The notes below the pieces were generated by a model. It saw only the letters and a program-made list of their open reading frames with translations, searched no databases and was not told the DNA's origin. Shown in pieces: positions 21,962 through 33,247 of a stretch of DNA of 33,247 nucleotides. Each line of letters opens with the position of its first letter. Position 1 is the stretch's first letter. The stretch spans positions 23,408,478-23,441,724 of the forward strand of contig NC_068994.1 in assembly GCF_001194135.2 (NCBI RefSeq), read 5' to 3'. A program made the translations under genes and the position numbers. The DNA is from Octopus bimaculoides (taxonomy: Eukaryota).

Positions 21962-22614
21962 AAAAGGATGCTTGGCGTTCGATCATATAATAACACCCTT
22001 TCCCTATTTTTCTCCTCTCCCCTTCACCGTTCCCTCTCTCTCTCACTCTTCCTCCTTGACTCTCTCGTCGCTGACACGTGACGAAAGGGGATCTATCTTT
22101 CTGCCCATTTCCTTCCTAAAGAAAAGACGTGCCTCCCCTGTCTCCTTTCTTGGCTCGTTCTCCTTGTATTCATAATAATTTTTCCATCGTCTTGGTTCAA
22201 CAGCCCTCACCGTTTGTTTTTACTGTCTTCTTCTCACTGTCCTGTTCTTGTAACACTTTCACCCTCCGCAAAAAATCCCAAATTTTATTTAATTTGCTTT
22301 GCAGGAAGGACTGTTCCAATGAAGTCGCGTATTGCCCTTACCTTCGAAACGCAGACTAGATGAAACAGGGACAACTGAAGAAGGGGACTCTTTATGTTGC
22401 ATGTCTCGTTTCTCTGTTTCTTTTCTGTTTGTTTCAATACTTCATTTCATTTTACTATTTATATTATATATTCCATATTCTCTACCCCACATTAATTTTA
22501 TAAGAATATAAATAAAACATAAAAAACAGATAGAATTGGAACTCTTTTAATTAATATATTCCTCTATACGCGATCATACAAATCCTTTTATTGATATTTA
22601 TTTTTTTAATTTTT

Positions 22615-22654
<40 letters not shown>

Positions 22655-22690
22655 GTTTGTATGTATGTATATATATATATATATATAATT
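22615..22690. repeat. (CA)/(TA) microsatellite
   Basis: Direct reading. Confidence 0.95.
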
Positions 22691-24084
22691 CTTTTTGGGA
22701 ATTGGATCTCGAAGCACACATTAAGAAGTCGAAGGTTGCTCGTGTTTTGAGATCCAGTTCTAAAGAGGAACTACTTCGCGTCGTTTTGAAAGTTTATATA
22801 TTTTTATGATGTCAACAATATATATATATATATATATCCTTGAAGGTTTAGCATAAGAATTGTATATACATTTTCTGTGCATAAATATATAGGACATTTT
22901 TGTTTTCGTTCATTTTTTGATATTGACGTTAGTCAGATTTACTTCAGTGGTTATTGTACTACTTGACCATCTTATATGTAATTAATTCCAGAGCACTCTC
23001 AGTGAATAAATACATCAATTTGATAATTTAATCTGTACCTTGTGAAGTTCACTTCTGTTTAATTAGTGCTTCCCTGCCCACATACATTTGAAGTGTTTGG
23101 TGATTATAATTTAAATTCTTATTGATATCGCTTTAATTATCTGAAGAAACTGGAATGAACAAGCATGAAGATATTTCTTCAATTAAATGCAAAAAGAGCG
23201 CTGGACTTATTCATATAAGAAAGTACGAATTATTTTGAAGACAAAGTGGAAGATAACCTCTTTTATAGTTAATTTGAACTTGTTTATCGAAAGCGAAGGA
23301 AGCATTCCAACTGTAACAGAGATACATTTTTTTATTTTGTCTTTGAGATAAGTGAGGAGTTATTAAGTTATAAATCTGTCTACACGAAACATTTTGCAGC
23401 AGAAGGAGCGAACGAAAGAGCTTCCATAATGTCACTGCTTTTACAAGCATCAACTCTCCTTCAAATCACACTCTAGAATTGTCTTTTAATGACATAATAA
23501 CAGAAGGAAAGGCATCGCCCATGACTTTCTCGGGGATTCTAAGGTAGGTTGCAAGAACTGATGCTCAAACACACCACAGTGTAACCTTCACTATAAGCAC
23601 ATATGCACCTCGCTGAGATGCTAATTTGGGTGACATAATACGTCTTATAAAAGGGATGTTACATTGGATATTGTATTCCTATATATACGTCTGAATTTTC
23701 GATAAGATGGCCAAATCTTGCAGTAGAAATAATTGGATTCGTTCTTGACTATTTTTCTGCGATCCGGCACTCACGCCTTCAAATCAAAAATGACATTCTA
23801 AAAATTTGGGTAACCCAGAGCTAATAATTATGAATTTAGAAATATTATCGTCAGGAATCGTTAAACAATGGTAATAAGACAGTACCAATTATTTAATCTC
23901 TTAGTAATTCTACTCTCCTACACCAATAAATGTATAACCTGCTATATTTGAATAGTGATTCATTCATCGCCCCTTCAGCAAATACATGGAAGGCTATATT
24001 TCACTGAGGAAGTTACAATATAACCGAGTGATATTAGGAATTGATACCTATCCCTACCGGAGATTGCTAACATAATTCAAGATT

Positions 24085-24230
24085 TGTAATTTGAGGGAGC
24101 AGTATTGTCGATTATACCGATTCCAGTGCTTCACTGGCACATTATTGACTCCAGGAGATTAAAACCGTAGTCGACCTTGTTAGGATTTGAACGGAAAAAG
24201 TAAAAGGTCGTAGCTAAATACTGGAAGGTT
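24085..24230 (-). mobile_element. Highly degenerate SINE
   Basis: GTCGATTATACCG...CAGTG...GTCGACCTTG...GGATTTGAAC follows the same motif order as the minus-strand SINE at 8539-8740. Confidence 0.55.
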
Positions 24231-25879
24231 GTAGCGCTTTTGTGGAAAAAGTATTTTTTTATTCGTTACATATTTATTTCTGTTAAGTTTTTGAGTCTAA
24301 CACTGCTCACATAAGAATTGCACCTCAAAAATATTTCATTGCTAAGTATATTATATAACCTGCGTATTCTATATAGCTCACATAAAGAGAAACCATGTAA
24401 ACTAGGTTTTATATCATTCCTCGATGTTTTCATACAAGTGTCAGTTTACTCTATAGGTATACATATAACTTATTTAACTTGAGACGTTTGAAAGAAATTC
24501 TTGTTCACCGACTATACGCCTGGGAAAGTCTTTTCAAGGCGGATGACCGATACCTTGTGAACAAAATTTAGTCGACGGAAACTATAAAGAAACTCGTGTC
24601 TAAATCTGTTGCCATCGTGTAGCCATCTTTTATGTAAAATACATTGCTTCGTGATTCGATTAACAGAGAAGGATTAAATAAGTACCACACTAAATTAAAT
24701 AAGTAAGGTCGATAAGATTAACTAAAAAGCCTTGAAGGCCGCAATCTAGTGATTGAAAGATAAAAGAATACAAGGTATAACTTGTCTACATCTTATACAA
24801 TTCTTTGTCCCCCCCCCCATATTAGTAAATATAGTCTACACCCTCGTTACTTCTGTATTTGTAAACACATTGTATAAAATCCAACTCTATATATTTGGGA
24901 ACGCGCCATAATGTTATCCTCGTTTACATATCTATAACAGCCTATATCAAGAAGGCAATAACTAAATACAAAACTTTTGAAAATAATTGAAATAATAATT
25001 TACATTCTATAGATGCACTTTTAGATTTGTAGATATTTCCGGTTGTTACTGATACATATTTATCGGCCAAAATAATCTTCTTTTATTATTTTACTGTTCG
25101 TGAGCCAATTTCAAACTTTTAACAGTGAACTATCAAAAACAATCAGAGTGAAGCTAAATAAATGTCCCCAAACACTTATCATAAATGCTCTAGAAATTAA
25201 AATAATAGTTGGTTACGAATAGGAGTATTACTTTTAATTGGATGTTTTATTTCCATTTATCTCTCCCTCTCTCTCCTACAGCAATCTAGAACAACATTCT
25301 TGTATTTCAGTTTTCATTTATAATCTTACTACTTTGTCAAGAAGAATAGCTGTTTGAAACAGACTTTTCTTCTCTTACTGCAAACTTACGAGCCTCTTCT
25401 ACGAAGCTCGTTTACGCGACTCTTCTACGAGACTCTTCTACAAATAGAAAATGCCTATTTCATGCCAACGCAATTCATCATTAGAGCCCTTTAAATATAT
25501 TCAATAATCACATCCCACCTCTACTCTATATATCTAAGGTCTTATGACGAAACAAAATAATATATCGGTTCTGGTATACATATTACAGAATGGTACAAGT
25601 CTAATACTTAATTTTTGCTGATGCAATTAATTTTCATTGGTATAATTATTGATGTCATACACACTGATACTTTTTCATACAATAATCTAGTAATTTTATC
25701 AACGCGAAGCAAAATCATTCATAATTATTAATATTTATATTTTCTGTGTGGGGTAAACGCAAAAGTTGCAACAGTAAAACAATGTTGATCGAATTAATTC
25801 TTAATTCTTTTTCATATTCATAACAATTAATTTTAATAATATTGACACTTTGTCGGGAGTTTATCTTAAAAAAAAAAAT

Positions 25880-26125
25880 CAGCTTGCACTGAATGGGTTC
25901 ACTGCCTAGTGCTGCCAGACCGGGATGGGAATTAATGTTGCGAAGACTGAGGTGTTGGTTCTCTCGAGAAAATCTTACCAGCGCTCTCTGCATATTAATA
26001 GAACATTGCTGAGACAAGTGGAGAAGTTTAAGCATTTCGAAGCCATATTGACAAACGACAGGAGGCTGAATTGATGCAAGAACTGCAGATGCTGTCACAG
26101 TAATGCGCCAGCTTCAGTACTCGCT
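25880..26125 (+). mobile_element. RTE-type LINE reverse transcriptase C-terminal fragment
   Basis: QLALNGFTA*CCQTGMGINVAKTEVLVLSRK...LRQVEKFKHFEAILTND..., then after a frameshift DARTADAVTVMRQL; matches the RT segment GMKIxxxKTE...VEKFKYLG...RIxKAxxxMRQL. Confidence 0.7.
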
Positions 26126-26565
26126 CTTCAGATGACGACAGGTAGGGTAAGAGCAATACATGCTACCTCAGCTTTTGTTACGAAATCGTTTCTTTGTTTT
26201 GTTGTTGGCATAGCTCTACTGTATATTAACTCCACAAAGGAAAGTATCAATATTTATGCCATTTTGGCTGTACATTGATAAAATGACTAGACAGCCCAAA
26301 GAGAAAGTGTCAGTATTAGAATATCAACTTAAACTAACGTCTGGTAAAAAGCAAGTAGTTCACTTACCTCGCATTGCTAACCATTAACTGATATTGTTAA
26401 AGTTATCTACCTTGCTTGTTACCTTAACATTTAAACAGCTACAGGAGGAGTTTTGCTTTCTAAATGCAAGGATATTACCAATGAACCCAAGTTCTTTGAA
26501 ATTACTAATGTCTTATTTGAGATTCTAGCGATCGTGAATTAAACATACCTTATGTATTTCTTTAA

Positions 26566-26568
<3 letters not shown>

Positions 26569-26654
<86 letters not shown>
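26569..26654. repeat. (GA)n microsatellite
   Basis: Direct reading. Confidence 0.99.
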
Positions 26655-26657
<3 letters not shown>

Positions 26658-26825
26658 GTGGGTAAGTCGATTACATCGACGCCAGTACTTAACTGTTATT
26701 TATCGACCCGAAAGGATGAAAGGTAAAGTGAACCTCTGCGGATTTTCAACTCAGAACAAAAAGCCAGACAAAAATGCCATGAAGTATTTCGCCCGGCTTG
26801 CTAACGATTCTGCCAGCTCGCCGCC
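26655..26825 (-). mobile_element. tRNA-derived SINE
   Basis: Minus strand GGCGGCGAGCTGGCAGAATCGTTAGC head, B-box-like GAGTTGAAAATCC, core CCTTTCATCCTTTCGGGTCGATAAA. Confidence 0.9.
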
Positions 26826-26920
26826 CAAAACGCAGAGAGAGCATATTGATACAACTTTGCTACGAAGGTGGACTTTAACGATGCTTAATAGAAGAAAATG
26901 TCGCATCGCCGTAGATTAAA

Positions 26921-27100
26921 GTGGCGAGATGGTAGAATTGTTAGCACCGAGACGGTGAAATTAGAACTTAGAACATAATGAGTTACCTTCCATCCTTTCG
27001 AGGTCGATAAAATAAGGTACTAATCAAGTGCTGGGATCGATGTAATCGACTTACTTCCTCCTCTTAAAATTGCTGGCTTTGCGCCAACATTTGGAACAAT
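26921..27100 (+). mobile_element. tRNA-derived SINE with internal deletion
   Basis: GTGGCGAGATGGTAGAATTGTTAGCAC head; CCTTCCATCCTTTCGAGGTCGATAAAATAAG...GATGTAATCGACTTAC core. Confidence 0.88.
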
Positions 27101-27744
27101 TGCTACTGCGGTAGATTAGAATGACCCCCTTTTTCTAGGGTACTAAAGGTAAACTGATGACTACTTCCTCCAAGATATTGTGGCTTCCTTACCCTGTATC
27201 AATTAAAAGGTACATCATTGTTTTGAAATTACTATGACTTGTGAGTAAAATGTTATTGTAATGTTGATATATTAACCTCGGGTCAGCCCTGATCGAGCTC
27301 ACCTATGATTAAAAAGAAACCAGCTGTGACCATCCTGTTTTTATCCAATATGCCGTAAACTCAGAATCACACTGCCCATCGAGTGTGAGTTGAAGGAATT
27401 TGGCTGCTATTTCTAGTCGGCCGGAGCAATCACTTGATGATTACCTGATGCTAGGAAGTGTAAATGGAACGGATTAGAAGGGAATTAGAAATCAGTTTTG
27501 CATGTCTACTTTACGCGCCTCCTATAATATCAGATCAATTGCAATGGCGTGGTGGAGGCGGCAGCTAATCTTTTTGCTCGAACTAAGGAAACTATGTTTC
27601 CATTGCTTATACTGTCTGTATGTCTGTTTAAACATGCCACATAAGCGGCAGCATAATTTTTCCAGTGACAGTAAGTATATTTAAACTCAGGCAAACATAA
27701 CTGAAAGAGATACGGGTAGGCATTCCGTTTGATGCTCTATCAGT

Positions 27745-27885
27745 TCTGTCAATACACTGGCCTGGGTCGGTATTATATTTATCGACGCCAAAAGTGATGA
27801 AAGTGAAAGTTGACGATGAAGGGATTTGAGCTCAGAGGGCGGAGAATTGCAACTAATACAGCAACATATTCTATCCGATGCTTAA
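27745..27885 (-). mobile_element. Degenerate SINE of the same family
   Basis: TTTATCGACGCC...GATGAAAGTGAAAGTTGAC...GATTTGAGCTCAGA. Confidence 0.6.
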
Positions 27886-28013
27886 AAGACAGTCTGTTGC
27901 AAAAGTACAAATACATTTGATAAAATTTGAAAGAAATATAAAAAAGTTTTAAATTTGCAAATTGTAAATATATAAAATAATTTGCTACATTTTAATCTAT
28001 AATATAAATCCCG

Positions 28014-28015
<2 letters not shown>

Positions 28016-28092
<77 letters not shown>
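28016..28092. repeat. (GT)n microsatellite inside the Helitron 5' end
   Basis: Direct reading. Confidence 0.99.
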
Positions 28093-28097
<5 letters not shown>

Positions 28098-28414
28098 GAT
28101 TATAACGGCCGTATTTTTCAACTGATTTTCTCCAAACTAGGAACATGCATTACTTATGTTTCAGGGATGATTTTAGACTCTTAAAATTTTGCACATAATG
28201 AGTAACGGGCCCTCTGGGGGCAGAAAATACCCGTTCCTGGGTTACGTGGAGAAAGGTGGTAACTCTTTGCGAAGTAACTTTCAGAAATTGATAGTCTCCA
28301 CTACACCCATTGGTCATAAACAAAAAATTAAAAATATTGCTTTTTATATTAGATTCACGTCTTTGAAAGATTTAAAAAAATTTTACTTCCGGTTTTCTAG
28401 CGTCAGTAACGTCT

Positions 28415-28513
28415 ATATCTCTCTATCTATATCTCTCTATCCATCTCTTTCTATCTCTGTCTCTCTATATCTCTCTATCCATCTCTATCTCTATATATCT
28501 ATCTGTCTATATC

Positions 28514-28580
<67 letters not shown>

Positions 28581-28630
28581 ACTAGATAGCTCTCTCTCTC
28601 CCCTCTCTCTATATCTCACTCACTCTCTAT
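28415..28630. repeat. (CT)/(TATC) microsatellite
   Basis: Direct reading. Confidence 0.95.
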
Positions 28631-30473
28631 CGTTTCCACTTTGAATTTTCAGACGCTATTGTTTTCACTTTAAGCTCAATCGCTCTTGTTTTCACTGCAA
28701 ATTTTCAATAGCTATTTACAAACAACAACGACACATAACTGACAAGTTCACAATTACTGATGAAAGTAATTTCACATATAATTTACTGATAGAAGTAACT
28801 CCATAAATTTCACTTCAATCCGTACACTTCGCTAAATTTACCTACAAATTTCTTATTTACTTTTGCAACGTTTTGTGTTTTTTGTTGTTGATGGAATTAC
28901 TGATAAAAGTAAGTTCATAACTTACTAACAGAAGTAACTCCAAAAATTTCACTTAAATCTGTACACTTACTTAATTTCCCTAAAAATTTCTTATTTACTT
29001 TTACTTGTTTTATGTTTTACTGTTGTTGACGGCTTTTTTCTGGTTCCTTCGATACTGGCTCTTTGGTTCATTTCAACCCGTGCAATTCTTTATTTTCCGT
29101 AAAAATTTCTTATTTACTTTCTGAGAGAGGTATTAAGAAATATAATTTCCGTTACCCAGTTATTTTTATTGTTTACTATCTTCTGCACCCATGTATTTCT
29201 GTATACGTATATAACCATGCCTAGAAGGAAAGTGTCAAGTTTGTCTACAATGTCAAGATCAGCCAAAAGAATGTCTCTGTCCACGGAAAGACAGCTGCAG
29301 AAAGGGAAGCATACCAAGAAACGAACAGACTGTGCACCACAGAAGCTAGAGCATCTCAAAGTGATGAACAGAGGTATGCACGGCTGACAAGGAATAGGAT
29401 CTCCACTGCAGAACGAAGAGAAGTTGCAACAGCTCAGAGAAGCAACGTCTATGAAGCAGCTTTCAATTATGATTCAGCAGTTCATAATTACTTATGAACA
29501 ATGGGTAATTATGCAGATGACATTAGAGTTTCCATTGGTGCAATGACAACTGAGTGCATACATTGTAAAGCAAGGAAGTGGCCTGCACTGTGCTGAAGTA
29601 GTGGAAAGGTTAAACTCCCTGCAATCTCCAGCCTCCGGAGTCATTGAAGAAACTGTTGTCATCAACTGACCAATATTCCAAGCACTTCCAAAACAAAATG
29701 AGACAATGCAATGCTGCACTACAGATGGCATCATTTGGAGCCACAAGCGATTTAACTGAGTTAGGATTCATGCAAACTCTCAAGATACAAGGTCAGATTT
29801 ATCATCGGATTGGCTCTTTACTAGCTCTGTCAAATGAATCACCAAAATCGGCTTTTCATTGTTTATAATCTGTACCTACTTTTTGGTTACGAAATAAGCT
29901 GGACAAAACGTATTTTTGAATTACGTGTATTTATTTTATATACATATATGAGTTGAAAACTTTCTTTTAACATTTCACTTAACGTCTATGTTCCATGCTG
30001 GCATGGGTTGGACAGTTATTGATGTAGGAAGTTGGTATCTCAGCTACTAGCAGTTGAGAGCGACGGCGTTTTTAAATTTCATTATTCTCTTTAACCTGCG
30101 CAACGCCGAGTATTTCTGGTAGTAAAATTATAATTTCATAATTTTCAGTCACTGAACTCGTAAAAAAAAGGAAGAAAAGAAAAGAAACTCATTTCCTTTA
30201 TTCCATGCACACCACACTTAACGGTATGTGTGAGTCGTCCCACGTAGCTTAATTTTTTTCATTTCTTTTACTAAAAGGATAAAGAAAGCTTTTATGAAAA
30301 GGGAAATTAAACAAGTTTGCGTAAAGTCGGGTAGCTTAGAGAGAAATCCTGATTTTACCTGTGTACATAAGCACGATAACAACATATACACCTACATACA
30401 CAAACATTTGCACACACTCACACATACAGAAAATGAAAGGAGGAGGAGGTGAGAGAGAAAAGTCAAGGCATAC

Positions 30474-30474
30474 A

Positions 30475-30505
<31 letters not shown>

Positions 30506-30518
30506 AGATATATATATT
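30474..30518. repeat. (TATC)n/(TA) microsatellite
   Basis: Direct reading. Confidence 0.9.
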
Positions 30519-31619
30519 AGGAGGGAACGCCAGATACCAGAATACCAGATACCAGAATACAGCAAGACATCTATCTATCTGTCCACAGGGGGAAGAAGGA
30601 AAAGGGTGAAAATAGAACAACTATTAAATAGGACAAAACAAGGAGATATAGCACACCCGACAACAAAACTCCCACACATAACAACACCAGCACTAACACA
30701 TGATGTAGTGGCTTCATGCAGGCATGGCGTGGCGAATGATCCTCGATAGCCAAATTTCACTTAACCGTTGAACAGCACTTTTCTCACGGTAAAGCAATAG
30801 TTTTTCTGTGAGTGACAACAGTTACAATTTACCAGATGCCTTCGCTAAGCAGAAGAATGTCTTTGACTCTTCTAACCTCTTCTAGGTCACCAAAAGTTAG
30901 AATTGAGATAACAGGTACCATCAACGAAATCTATTTTCCTAACTTGTTTGGGATAGTCATAAATACTAGAATTTGGTTAGCCAAAATTCAGTTAGTGAAC
31001 AGAGACCAACTAGAGTCATGGCCACAAGCAGGCAGCCACTAAAGACAAACGGCTAGAGAGAGTTGGCTGGTTACAACCAGCTAACTATGAGACACAACTT
31101 CCCTCGATTCAATAACTTTCACTAGCTCAATTTCTTTTACATAATGCTATCACTATCTATGGTTTACTACTACAATAATAACGTGTACACTCATATCGGC
31201 CGAAATTAACTTTTTTTTACCTCGCATGCTTTTCCATTTACTAATTATACATACCGACCCATCGTAGTTTTGGATATATACAATGTAACGAATATCACCT
31301 ACTAAAGTAACACCTACAAAGTAACGAATATCATCACCTACTATGCTAATCGCAATCAACACGAACAATTTGGATCTGATGCAATACATCAGGTCACACA
31401 CCGACATAACTGAAAACAGTCACAAAACAAACAACGACCCACGCACAACACCACAACACATTAAAATACTACACACCACACAAAATACACATAAACTAAT
31501 GAAATCTCTCTACTCTAATGTAGTAGAGAGATTTCAAAAACATCTGCAAAAAAACTATATAAAAATCTCGCGGAAACTGAGGGAGAAACCCCCAACTTTA
31601 GAAGCAGTAAGTGACTCAC

Positions 31620-33165
31620 TTTCTCTCTCTCCCATTTCTGTTTTCGCTTTGGATCTGAAACACAACTTTTGTCAGATTCATGCTCAAATGTGCGTGGCTT
31701 GGGGTCGCCTTGGAAACAAGGTTACCAGTTAAACGACATCAAGTCACAAAATGTAGATATAGCCATCAGCAAAACTAAACTCTCCAGCCCGCAGACCCTT
31801 CAGTCTATGTTCAGCAGACAATTCGATATTTATTTTTACCCGTGTCTGTCGAGAATGGACGGTGGTGGTACTGCGGTGCTTTTTCGAAAGAGTCTGGATT
31901 TGAAAGTAAGGGTAGGCTGGCTGTCTTGGATGTCGATGGCAGTAACGGCTGTGCTTTCCGACTAATAACTGTGTATGCATCGTCCTTAACAGGTTGGTCG
32001 GATTTCTTTCGACGTCTGGAGGTTTTCCTAGGAACGTCTCGACCTTTATTTTTAGTTGGGGATTGGACACCCATTTAGACTATGTAGGTAGAGATAGGAA
32101 GAGAAAGGGATGCAAGTGCCTCATAGTTTCCAACTGTCTGATAGGTACCGACTAGACTACCCGAACGTGTCAATGTGAACATGGACCAACCGCATCTGGA
32201 GAAGCAAGCTCATGTCGTCCAACAGCGTCTCCATCGTGGGACACTGTTAAATTGGACCGGTTAAATTGCTCGGGGTCTGGTTCGGTCCAGACTTCCAAAC
32301 GGAGAAGAACTGGGACGAGATAACGAGTAGAGTGGCCACTCTCACCCAGAAATGGGCCGAGAGGAAGCTATCTCTAAAAGGTCGGGCTAAAAGGTGGCGA
32401 ATGCGTACATCGCATCCGTCATCTACTACCGTCTGACTATCGTGCCAACCCTACCATCATAAAACTGGAGCGCATATTCTTCCTATGGTCAGGCGATCCA
32501 TTTGCTGCCTTCATCCGCTAAATGGAGGGCTGGGTATGTAATGGTTAATGATGCACAGACATGCACAAGACTGAACAGGTGTGGTCGCCGTTTGTGAGAC
32601 GCACTTACCCGCAGCTCGTCTCCTTGACCGAATTGTAATCGTGGATCAGAGACCGAAGCTGGGCGAATGGCACCCCGAGTGCCGCCTTGCTCTCGCGCAA
32701 CTCTGCCGTCCGGGATTAAACTTATGCGACTTCAGTTCTACGAAGGCGTTCCATGGACGATTAGCAGTGGGGAGGTGCGACGACGTTCTTGGGGAGACCC
32801 TGAGCGTCGACGAAGAATACTTGGCCCGCCTCTTCAGGACCAGTTTCGGGCCGGGACCTATGGAAATTTCCAGATATCCCTGACCTGGCAGTGCTACCAG
32901 GAAGCATTGCCCGCTCGGGATAAGCTATACAGGCACGGTTCAAGAAACACCGGACCGACTTGCCCGAGATGCGGTCAGAGCGACGAAACCGTTCTGCACG
33001 CACTCGTGCAATGTCCAAACATTTCAGACCTGTGGGCTTGCGTCGAACGGCTGCTGTCACGTGGGACGAATTCAGTTGTCGGCCGGGTCTATCGTGAATG
33101 TTGCCCCGCCACCTTCCTTTAACCGGGAAGGCAAGGCAGTTGTTATTATACCGGTGGCTATAGTT
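31620..33165 (+). mobile_element. L1/Tx1-clade LINE ORF2 relic: AP endonuclease, RT thumb and C-terminal zinc finger, RT core deleted
   Basis: SNVRGL, VDIAISKTKL, GGGTAVLF, FRLITVYA, LVGDWTPI, DRYRLDYPN..TWTN (endonuclease); abrupt jump at ~32200 to PVKLLGVWFGP...LSLKGRA...HPLNGGLG; CPRCGQSDETVLHALVQC (zf-RVT); many frameshifts. Confidence 0.9.
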
Positions 33166-33247
33166 GTTGAACAAATGAGTTCTCATAGTCGAATCACATA
33201 AAAACCACCACAATGCACACATACTCTCATTCATGTAGGATGTATGG

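Larger units (their letters stand above)
27996..30122 (+). mobile_element. Internally deleted Helitron carrying a Rep/Helicase N-terminal relic
   Basis: 5' A|TCTATAAT; relic protein at ~29216-29870: AAFNYDS...SIGAMTTECIHCKARKW...GKVKLP...AALQMASFGA...GFMQTLKIQGQIYHRIGSLL; degenerate 3' hairpin GCGCAACGC followed by GTAG|T (CTAG expected); internal 143-bp tandem repeat (28752, 28895). Confidence 0.78.

Noticed and set aside
21450-22175. Long ORFs of 141-241 aa
   Set aside because: They run through the 311-N gap and are artefacts.

Overview
AT-rich, microsatellite-dense eukaryotic genomic DNA, most likely a cephalopod (Octopus-like SINE and LINE families recognised from memory; inference, not a database result). 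No intact protein-coding gene is evident, and most ORFs in the supplied track are translated microsatellites. The window is a graveyard of degraded mobile elements: two R4/Dong-clade RLE LINE pieces (92-2090, minus), many tRNA-derived SINEs, a mariner derivative with ~117-bp inverted arms (11509-12300), a ~550-bp element embedded in (ATT)n (13593-14140), a 5'LTR-PBS-gag-protease Ty3/gypsy relic (18469-20150), an RTE fragment (25880-26125), a Helitron with both putative termini (27996-30122) and an internally deleted L1/Tx1 LINE (31620-33165). Most interesting: (1) a tRNA-headed SINE whose tail folds into a minimal type I hammerhead ribozyme (G12 mutated in this copy), with an inverted copy of its own head; (2) a textbook recursive-splice-site motif (branch point, pyrimidine tract, CAG|GTAAGT) on the minus strand at 16511/16512; (3) a candidate 156-nt minus-strand exon masked by an assembly duplication and gap at 11256-11339. 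The last two suggest the window lies in the long introns of a minus-strand gene, which is unproven. There are two N gaps (11293-11302, 21651-21961).
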